DNA of 5,629 nucleotides from a virus (Duplodnaviria; Heunggongvirae; Uroviricota; Caudoviricetes): IMG/VR virus record IMGVR_UViG_2660238352_000003; one strand, 5' to 3'. Shown piece by piece: positions 1 to 4,821 of this stretch (position 1 is its first letter; each line of letters starts with the position of its first letter). The notes under the pieces were generated by a model. It saw only the letters and a program-made list of their open reading frames with translations, ran no database searches and was not told where the DNA came from. The position numbers and the translations under genes were made by a program.

Positions 1-289
1 GCCCTGACCAAAAGAGTCGAGGTCGTTGACTGAAACGGTTATGATCTGACGCGTCGTCGTGCGTCGTTTTGCAGAGTAGAATTGCGCCATTGGTTTTTCC
101 GGAGCGAAAGGCTATAAGCGGCATACTGACGCGGTAATTACGGCCCAGCGGTTCACAAATCACCTTCTGACATTCACGGTCAACCAGGCTAACACGTAGA
201 ACATGCCCTGCAGGCGTGGTGTACCACTGACCCGGACGAGGACAACGGAAAGTATGATTGGTAAACCGTTTGAAAATATTCCGGATCAT
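1..289 (-). CDS. Hypothetical protein, N-terminal part only (gene runs off the window start); Cys/His-containing N-terminus
   Basis: The minus-strand frame starting at ATG 289..287 stays open for all ~96 codons to position 1, while all three plus-strand frames here have stops. The ATG overlaps the TGA stop of the upstream 382-aa ORF (ATGA at 286-289), suggesting translational coupling. Hand translation begins [61 protein letters not shown]. The composition is Arg/Cys-rich and no family was recognised, hence moderate confidence. Confidence 0.45.
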   Translation of the reverse strand, partial: MIRNIFKRFTNHTFRCPRPGQWYTTPAGHVLRVSLVDRECQKVICEPLGRNYRVSMPLIAFRSGKTNGAILLCKTTHDDASDHNRFSQRPRLFWSG

Positions 290-1434
290 TTGCGCCCCCT
301 TACCTCTGAAGGGTTCAGCGACAAATTTATGAGACTGGCCAGTAGCGCCGCGTCGTTGATGCGGTCATACAGACTTACAGCCAGCGGGGATTCGGCTTTT
401 GCCAACATGGGATAAAGCTGCTGCAGCCAGACCTGATGAATTGATGAAATGTAGGAATAGAGAACGCTGGCGTTATGTGCAACGTCGCTCAGTACAGAGG
501 GATTTGAAAGCTGTTTCTCCATCTGGTTAAAGGCATTGATGTATGCCTCTTTGAACTGGGCAGCACGTTTACCCGTGAAACCCATAGCAAGAAACGCAAA
601 GCCGTCGCGGGTTATTTGATAGCAAGGTAGTTTGCGGCCTGTGCAATCGGTGTAATCACTCACCGAAAAATTGCGGGAAGTGAATGATGCAGAGCATTCA
701 AGCGTGCGGATCTTTTTCAGTACATCGTCATGACGTTTGGAGAAGAAGTTGGCAACAGCCAGGGATGAAGTAACAGCCTGACCATCAACGATGGCAATTT
801 CAGGTTGAGTGAGGGTTGGGATCGTAGCCATGATGGCAGCCTCCGTTGACTGTGGAAAACTTCCACCACCGGAGCTGCGAAACTCACTGGTGGCAGACTG
901 AACAGGGTTCGCAGTACCGGCGTCAACGGAGACCGGCGAGCCTTTCGGCTCCCCTGCCCAGCCCACCATAATTCTGGCGTGCGTGAGCGCGGACGATAAA
1001 AAAGACGCTGGCGCGTCATATATCGCCGTTGACAATTCCGGGCTGCGACCCCCGGCACCCGCTTTATAAGGTGCCTGAGCAGTGTAACGTCCCGGAATTG
1101 CAGAATCAATATGCTGGTGGTCCTTCACACTCAACAAAATCACGCCTGAATTTCCACAAAGGACTAAAGCACTCATGCTGGTAGTCTTTGCGAAGATAGA
1201 TAACGCGCTGTGTTTCTGGCTCCCAACGAATAACATGAACATAAAGTCCTCTTCCGTCACGAAACCAGCGGTTAAGTTCCTGCACAACTCGCCCCCCACA
1301 GTCAGGTAAAGTTCTCTGTGGTTACTTACAGCCAGGTGATTTGGTAATCTGCATTCATGCCGTAACAACAGGTGTGCAGCGACACTGACCACCAGCTGTT
1401 GCGACAAACGGTTATTTGCCGTTAAACTGTTCAT
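286..1434 (-). CDS. Phage early protein with a Rha-family domain (382 aa) in the replication-gene position; unrecognised N-terminal domain plus low-complexity linker
   Basis: ORF track 286..1434 (-). Residues ~215-300 (IVDGQAVTSSLAVANFFSKRHDDVLKKIRTL ... YQITRDGFAFLAMGFTGKRAAQFKEAYINAFNQMEKQL) match the recalled hallmark of the phage regulatory protein Rha family (Phage_pRha). The start ATG 1434..1432 overlaps the stop of the upstream gene (ATGA) and is preceded by GGAG. An alternative internal start at ATG 831..829 with a strong GGAGG SD lies just before the Rha domain. Confidence 0.7.
   Translation of the reverse strand: MNSLTANNRLSQQLVVSVAAHLLLRHECRLPNHLAVSNHRELYLTVGGELCRNLTAGFVTEEDFMFMLFVGSQKHSALSIFAKTTSMSALVLCGNSGVILLSVKDHQHIDSAIPGRYTAQAPYKAGAGGRSPELSTAIYDAPASFLSSALTHARIMVGWAGEPKGSPVSVDAGTANPVQSATSEFRSSGGGSFPQSTEAAIMATIPTLTQPEIAIVDGQAVTSSLAVANFFSKRHDDVLKKIRTLECSASFTSRNFSVSDYTDCTGRKLPCYQITRDGFAFLAMGFTGKRAAQFKEAYINAFNQMEKQLSNPSVLSDVAHNASVLYSYISSIHQVWLQQLYPMLAKAESPLAVSLYDRINDAALLASLINLSLNPSEVRGRK
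841..1033. repeat. Iteron-like repeat cluster inside the 382-aa ORF: CCGTTGAC x2 direct plus 1 inverted, nested inverted repeats, adjacent AT-rich patch
   Basis: CCGTTGAC at 843-850 and 1026-1033; the inverse GTCAACGG at 923-930 (10-bp inverted repeat CTCCGTTGAC 841-850 / GTCAACGGAG 923-932). ACCGGCG is repeated at 916-922 and 932-938. CTGCGAA (875-881) / TTCGCAG (908-914) is interleaved with CCACC (863-870) / GGTGG (889-893). An AT-rich stretch with the palindrome GACGCTGGCGCGTC lies at 996-1026. Confidence 0.3.
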
Positions 1435-2009
1435 GCGTTAGTTTCTCCACAGTCACGACACGCCACGGCGCCCGGAGCTGCACACTCGCGGGCGTTACTC
1501 TTTTCCGGCGCACAAAAAACACGAAATAACAGTGTCAAATGCTCCTGCCACTTCGCCATTACTTGGTAGCTGTTCTCTTCGATCTGCTCGCGTTCAGCTT
1601 GGTCAATAACTCCATCAGCAGTTGCCTTGCGTAAGTACTGGGAATGCTTGCCAATCCATTCTATTGACTCCATCAGCCGCTGATTAATGTCACCATTGTC
1701 AATGTCATCAATGACCACCAGCGGCACAAACACCCCATTACTACGACGGGCTATTGCATCTGTTACATGCCTGGTACCACTGGCATCCTGTAAAACCATG
1801 GCCCACTCAAGTGGAAAAATTTGATCCCCACCGCTACGCAGTCTGTTATGCAATTGATCTTTTGCTGGGGTGATATCATCAGATTTATACAAACCAAGAA
1901 TTTCTGCTGCTTCCTCATAGCCATGAGGTAAATCAGCAATCGTTCTTCGTATTGCTGCCACCAGCCATGCTGGTTGTTTATCAACTTTCCATTCAGGTTC
2001 TTTACCCAC
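1431..2009 (-). CDS. Early protein in the cII position (192 aa), possibly YdaT/CII-like; C-terminal four-Cys cluster
   Basis: ORF track 1431..2009 (-). The start at 2009..2007 is GTG (plus strand reads cac), preceded by GAGGA with a 7-nt spacer. It lies 27 nt downstream of the Cro-like gene. The family assignment rests mainly on synteny with ydaS-ydaT-type modules and is not verified. The C-terminus reads FCAPEKSNARECAAPGAVACRDCGETNA. Confidence 0.55.
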   Translation of the reverse strand: MGKEPEWKVDKQPAWLVAAIRRTIADLPHGYEEAAEILGLYKSDDITPAKDQLHNRLRSGGDQIFPLEWAMVLQDASGTRHVTDAIARRSNGVFVPLVVIDDIDNGDINQRLMESIEWIGKHSQYLRKATADGVIDQAEREQIEENSYQVMAKWQEHLTLLFRVFCAPEKSNARECAAPGAVACRDCGETNA

Positions 2010-2036
2010 GGTTAATTCCTCATTTCTGTGGTGTTT

Positions 2037-2234
2037 TTATGCCGCAGCACTGTTAGTCTTTTGATATAAAGACACGTCAACTTTCAGTTTCCCGTTAGTA
2101 ATTTTTTCTAACTGGTACGCTCGGCCTTCAGGAATAATCTCAGGCCACTCTGAAACAGACGGATGCTTAATACCTAGGGCTTCGGCGGTTTTACAAACTC
2201 CGCCGAAATAATTAATCACGTCGGATTTCCGCAT
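2037..2234 (-). CDS. Cro-like small HTH regulator (Cro / YdaS-type), 65 aa
   Basis: ORF track 2037..2234 (-). ATG at 2234..2232 is preceded by GGGAGA with a 6-nt spacer. The protein (MRKSDVINYFGGVCKTAEALGIKHPSVSEWPEIIPEGRAYQLEKITNGKLKV) has the FGG...LG...VS.W pattern of Cro/YdaS-type HTH proteins and resembles lambda Cro in layout. It is divergent from the cI-like gene across an operator-rich intergenic region. Confidence 0.8.
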   Translation of the reverse strand: MRKSDVINYFGGVCKTAEALGIKHPSVSEWPEIIPEGRAYQLEKITNGKLKVDVSLYQKTNSAAA

Positions 2235-2265
2235 TTCTGTCTCCCGTTAAATTACGTTAAGCAGA

Positions 2266-2295
2266 AATGTAGGATATCCAACATGCCAATGTCAA
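2266..2295 (-). promoter_or_regulatory. PR-like sigma70 promoter driving the Cro-like operon
   Basis: On the minus strand: -35 TTGACA (2295..2290), 18-nt spacer, -10 TACATT (2271..2266). The predicted start near 2259 gives a ~25-nt leader to the cro-like ATG at 2234. An 18-bp operator palindrome is embedded between the hexamers. Confidence 0.5.
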
Positions 2296-2331
2296 GAATC
2301 CTACATTGGCATGTGGTAGGATTGCCTACAT
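2267..2331. promoter_or_regulatory. OR-like operator cluster: three related 18-bp sites (2267-2284, 2289-2306, 2314-2331)
   Basis: Site a is ATGTAGGATATCCAACAT, a near-palindrome around GGATATCC. Site b is ATGTCAAGAATCCTACAT (right half conserved). Site c is TGGTAGGATTGCCTACAT (14 of 18 matches to the symmetric consensus). Centre-to-centre spacing is about 22 and 25 bp, between divergent cro-like and cI-like genes. Confidence 0.6.
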
Positions 2332-2983
2332 GATGAACATGAGTGATCGTATTCGCCAAAGGCGAAAAGAACTGAACCTGACACAACAAGCACTGGCTGA
2401 TTTGACTGGTGTGAACCGTGTCACGGTTACTGGATGGGAAAAGGACGACTACCAACCAAATGGAGCCAACCTTCAAGCCCTAGCCAACGCACTTAAATGC
2501 GATCCTCTGTGGCTTGTTAGCGGAAAAGGCTCGCCTGAACCAAAGATAAATCTAAAACCTGAAATATTCGCAGTTAAAAAAGTCCCCCTCATCTCGTGGG
2601 TTCAGGCGGGTTCATGGACAATGACGGAGCCTGGTGTCAGGAAAGAAGATGCTGAAGAGTGGGTTTATACTACCGCCCTTGTATCAGAAATGGCATTTGC
2701 ACTACGGGTCCGTGGTGATTCAATGACCAATCCCCTCGGCTCACCATCGATACCAGAAGGTTCTATCGTTATCGTAGAGCCAGATATTATTGATACAGAG
2801 TGTATTAACGGAAAAATCGTTGTTGCCCATATCAATGGTGGGCAAGAAGCGACACTCAAAAAATTTGTTGAGGACTGGCCGAACAGGTATCTCGTCCCAC
2901 TAAATCCTAACTATAAAACTATTGAATGCGGTGAGAACTGCAGAATAGTTGGTCTTGTCAAACAAGTAATAATGGATTTTTGA
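2330..2983 (+). CDS. cI-like prophage repressor: N-terminal HTH (XRE-type) plus C-terminal S24 LexA-like autopeptidase domain
   Basis: ORF track 2306..2983 begins at a TTG inside the operator cluster; the first ATGs are 2330, 2333 and 2339 (MSDRIRQRRKELNLTQQALADLTGVNRVTVTGWE...). The HTH region is followed by an Ala-Gly cleavage site (VQAGSW), the Ser motif VRGDSM and the Lys motif ATLKKF typical of LexA/cI S24 peptidases. The exact start is uncertain (2330 vs 2339); no strong SD, so possibly leaderless. Confidence 0.85.
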   Translation: MMNMSDRIRQRRKELNLTQQALADLTGVNRVTVTGWEKDDYQPNGANLQALANALKCDPLWLVSGKGSPEPKINLKPEIFAVKKVPLISWVQAGSWTMTEPGVRKEDAEEWVYTTALVSEMAFALRVRGDSMTNPLGSPSIPEGSIVIVEPDIIDTECINGKIVVAHINGGQEATLKKFVEDWPNRYLVPLNPNYKTIECGENCRIVGLVKQVIMDF

Positions 2984-3003
2984 CACATCTTCCTCACTAT
3001 CGC

Positions 3004-3029
3004 AAAACCGGGGTATCCCCGGTTTTTTT
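3004..3029 (+). terminator. Rho-independent terminator of the cI-like gene (potentially bidirectional)
   Basis: AAAACCGGGG (3004-3013), loop TATC, CCCCGGTTTT (3018-3027), with the T-run continuing to 3029. It lies 21 nt after the cI stop (TGA 2981-2983). The A-tract on the 5' side allows it to work on the other strand too. Confidence 0.75.
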
Positions 3030-3045
3030 ATGAGCCTATCTTTTT

Positions 3046-3098
3046 ATGTAGGATAACCAACATAAACTCTTGACACTCACATGTTGGATATCCTACAT
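3046..3098. promoter_or_regulatory. OL-like operator pair (3046-3063 and 3081-3098)
   Basis: 3081-3098 ATGTTGGATATCCTACAT is the exact reverse complement of OR site a (2267-2284). 3046-3063 ATGTAGGATAACCAACAT differs from site a at one position. Confidence 0.55.
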
Positions 3099-3099
3099 T
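3070..3099 (+). promoter_or_regulatory. PL-like sigma70 promoter driving the yfdP-yfdQ-yfdR early operon
   Basis: -35 TTGACA (3070-3075), 18-nt spacer, -10 TACATT (3094-3099), with the 18-bp operator embedded. Hexamers, spacing and operator placement are the same as in the PR-like promoter, in mirror orientation. Confidence 0.5.
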
Positions 3100-3147
3100 T
3101 GTTTTTAGAGTTGTGGTGAATGCGCAGGCTGATGCGCGAAAGACATT

Positions 3148-3171
3148 GCAGCTATTGCGGAAAATAGCTGC
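3148..3171 (+). other. Perfect 9-bp stem / 6-nt loop hairpin in the early-left leader
   Basis: GCAGCTATT (3148-3156), loop GCGGAA, AATAGCTGC (3163-3171). It lies about 45 nt downstream of the predicted PL start and is not followed by a U-tract, so it is not a terminator. Confidence 0.35.
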
Positions 3172-3293
3172 TCGGCGGGGCAATTAAACGCCCGTGAGAG
3201 TCTGAAATAACCGCAAGCCGGAGATCAGCACCGGTCACCACAACAGCCACTGCTTTGGCGGTACCAGTTTGTACACTTGCTTCCGGCTGGTAC

Positions 3294-3391
3294 CGCTCTT
3301 TTTACAAAACAGAGAAGAGCATCACCGGACGACGGGCTCATAACCCAATCCATCCGGGCGGCTGCCACCGCAGGTGTTCTTCTCTGTTTTG
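3294..3391 (+). other. BoxA-like motif followed by a long-range 16-bp RNA stem in the 5' leader of yfdP
   Basis: CGCTCTTTTTA (3294-3304) resembles boxA (CGCTCTTTA). CAAAACAGAGAAGAGC (3305-3320) can pair with GTTCTTCTCTGTTTTG (3376-3391) as 16 bp with one G-U, enclosing about 55 nt. No plausible protein-coding frame with an ATG start and RBS was found in this leader. Confidence 0.3.
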
Positions 3392-3440
3392 TGGAGAAAC
3401 CAACCGACCTTGCAGGGTCGATATGATGAGGAGCAGCAAA

Positions 3441-3803
3441 ATGGCTAGCGTACGCAGTACTGATGTGCAGGTATTTATCGTAGAACTGGACGGCGGCGTA
3501 TTTGAAACCAAACTCGGCGCAGTTCTCAGTGAAGTCGCTTCCGGTGTGATGAACACGAAAAACAAAGGTAAAGTCTCGGTCAATCTGGACATCGAACCGT
3601 TTGATGAGAACCGTGTGAAAATCAAACACAAACTCTCATATGTTCGCCCGACTAACCGCGGGAAAATTTCCGAAGAAGACACCACCGAAACGCCGATGTA
3701 TGTCAATCGAGGTGGTCGCCTGACTATTCTGCAGGAAGACCAGGGACAATTACTGACTCTTGCCGGTGAACCTGACGGAAAACTCCGCGCAGCAGGTCAT
3801 TAA
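3441..3803 (+). CDS. yfdP: YfdP-like prophage protein of unknown function (120 aa)
   Basis: ORF track frame 3255..3803; the extension before 3441 starts at TTG and has no RBS. ATG 3441 is preceded by GAGGAG (3428-3433, 7-nt spacer) and gives 120 aa (MASVRSTDVQVFIVELDGGVFETKL...). This matches my recollection of the size and position of K-12 CPS-53 YfdP, upstream of yfdQ. Alternative starts at 3423/3426. Confidence 0.7.
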   Translation: MASVRSTDVQVFIVELDGGVFETKLGAVLSEVASGVMNTKNKGKVSVNLDIEPFDENRVKIKHKLSYVRPTNRGKISEEDTTETPMYVNRGGRLTILQEDQGQLLTLAGEPDGKLRAAGH

Positions 3804-3868
3804 TATCGTTCTTAATTAACTGATTATTTATCTCATCACTGAATATCTTAATATAGTGAGGACTTATT

Positions 3869-4693
3869 ATGTCTCAGAACTTAGACGCAACCGCAATTAA
3901 TCAAATCCATGCCCTTATTTCTGCTCAGGGTGTTAATGAAATTATCAGTAAGATTGGTGCCGATGCTGTGGCATTGCCTGAGAATTTCCGCATTCATGAT
4001 CTGGAAAAATTTAATTTAAATCGCTTCCGTTTCCGTGGTGCGCTTTCCACTGCCAGCATCGATGACTTTACCCGTTATTCTAAAGATCTTGCAGATGAAG
4101 GCACCCGCTGCTTTATCGATGCCGATAATATGCGTGCCGTCAGTGTGCTTAACCTGGGTACTATTGGTGAACCAGGTCACGCAGATAACACCGCCACACT
4201 CAAACTGAAAAAGACAGCACCGTTCTCTGCTCTGTTGTCTGTTAACGGCGAGCGTAACTCCCAGAAGTCACTGGCAGAATGGATTGAAGACTGGGCCGAC
4301 TATCTTGTGGGCTTTGATGCTAATGGTGACGCTATTAAGGCAACAAAAGCGGCTGCGGCAGTCCGTAAAATCACGATTGAAGCAAACCAGACCGCTGATT
4401 TTGAAGATAATGACTTCAGCGGCAAACGCTCCCTGATGGAGTCTGTCGAAGCGAAGACCAAAGACATTATGCCAGTGGTATTTGAATTTAAATGCGTTCC
4501 GTTTGAAGGCCTGAAAGAACGTCCGTTTAAATTACGCCTCAGCATTATCACTGGCGATCGTCCTGTACTGGTTCTGCGCATTATTCAGCTGGAAGCAGTG
4601 CAGGAAGAAATGGCTAACGAATTTCGTGATCTGCTTGTTGAGAAATTTAAAGACAGCAAAGTAGAAACCTTTATTGGTACTTTCACCGCCTGA
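3869..4693 (+). CDS. yfdQ: YfdQ-like protein (DUF2303 family as recalled), 274 aa, function unknown
   Basis: ORF track 3869..4693. ATG is preceded by GAGGA (3858-3862, 6-nt spacer). Length and N-terminus ([20 protein letters not shown]...) fit recalled K-12 YfdQ. The coding potential is clean with no competing frames. Confidence 0.8.
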   Translation: MSQNLDATAINQIHALISAQGVNEIISKIGADAVALPENFRIHDLEKFNLNRFRFRGALSTASIDDFTRYSKDLADEGTRCFIDADNMRAVSVLNLGTIGEPGHADNTATLKLKKTAPFSALLSVNGERNSQKSLAEWIEDWADYLVGFDANGDAIKATKAAAAVRKITIEANQTADFEDNDFSGKRSLMESVEAKTKDIMPVVFEFKCVPFEGLKERPFKLRLSIITGDRPVLVLRIIQLEAVQEEMANEFRDLLVEKFKDSKVETFIGTFTA

Positions 4694-4705
4694 TTTCATT
4701 ACTGC

Positions 4706-4727
4706 AAATGCCCCTGCGGGGGCATTT
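4706..4727 (+). terminator. Terminator-like hairpin between yfdQ and yfdR (weak U-tract; possible partial terminator or RNA-stability element)
   Basis: AAATGCCCC (4706-4714), loop TGCG, GGGGCATTT (4719-4727), 13 nt after the yfdQ stop. A second small hairpin, TCGCC-TGAT-GGCGA (4752-4765), is followed by the T-rich run GGGTTTTCTTT. Confidence 0.35.
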
Positions 4728-4821
4728 ATGGAAACATAATTGACTCAATAATCGCCTGATGGCGAGGGTTTTCTTTAACCAAAATTCAGCGCGGTGCAGC
4801 GCATATAAAGTGGAGAACAAA

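Noticed and set aside
49-75. Short direct repeats GCGTCGT x2 and a GACGCGTC palindrome
   Set aside because: They lie inside the coding frame of the partial gene and are too short to separate from codon-level chance.
203-415. Plus-strand ORF, 70 aa
   Set aside because: It spans the junction of two well-supported minus-strand genes, has no RBS and an Arg/Thr-rich composition typical of an antisense frame.
717-1109. Minus-strand ORF, 130 aa, in an alternative frame inside the 382-aa ORF
   Set aside because: Arg/Pro/Leu-rich out-of-frame composition; fully nested in a better-supported frame that carries the Rha-domain signal.
286-1434. Calling the 382-aa protein a lambda O-type replication initiator
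   Set aside because: No resemblance to the lambda O N-terminal domain was recognised; the only recognisable domain is Rha-like. The position is suggestive, but the call would be unsupported.
1763-1984. Minus-strand ORF, 73 aa, nested in the 192-aa gene
   Set aside because: Alternative frame of a better-supported gene; no RBS; Trp/Gln-rich odd composition.
1431-2234. Reading the Cro-like (YdaS-type) and 192-aa (YdaT-type) pair as a toxin-antitoxin module
   Set aside because: Their position and order directly downstream of a PR-like promoter facing a cI-like repressor fits Cro/CII-type early regulators. Nothing in the sequence specifically supports a toxin-antitoxin function.
2306-2329. TTG-initiated N-terminal extension of the repressor ORF (MACGRIAY...)
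   Set aside because: It begins inside operator site b and has no RBS; the ATGs at 2330-2339 give an N-terminus typical of cI-like repressors.
2252-2476. Minus-strand ORF, 74 aa, covering the operator region and the start of the repressor gene
   Set aside because: Antisense to the repressor gene and would start inside the operator cluster; no promoter or RBS logic supports it.
2665-2859. Minus-strand ORF, 64 aa, antisense within the repressor gene
   Set aside because: Antisense to a high-confidence gene; no start context.
3120-3167. 15-codon small ORF in the leader (MRRLMRERHCSYCGK)
   Set aside because: No convincing SD; it overlaps the 9-bp hairpin and is more simply explained as structured non-coding leader. 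It cannot be excluded as a leader peptide without conservation data.
3255-3440. N-terminal extension of the yfdP frame (TTG start, 182-aa version)
   Set aside because: Non-ATG start without an RBS; the extension overlaps the structured leader, and ATG 3441 has a strong GAGGAG SD and gives the expected 120-aa product.
3225-3706. Two overlapping minus-strand ORFs (134 and 122 aa) antisense to the leader and yfdP
   Set aside because: Antisense to a supported gene; no promoter or RBS; compositions are typical of a reverse frame.
4300-4581. Minus-strand ORF, 93 aa, antisense within yfdQ
   Set aside because: Antisense frame inside a high-confidence gene; Arg/Ser-rich.
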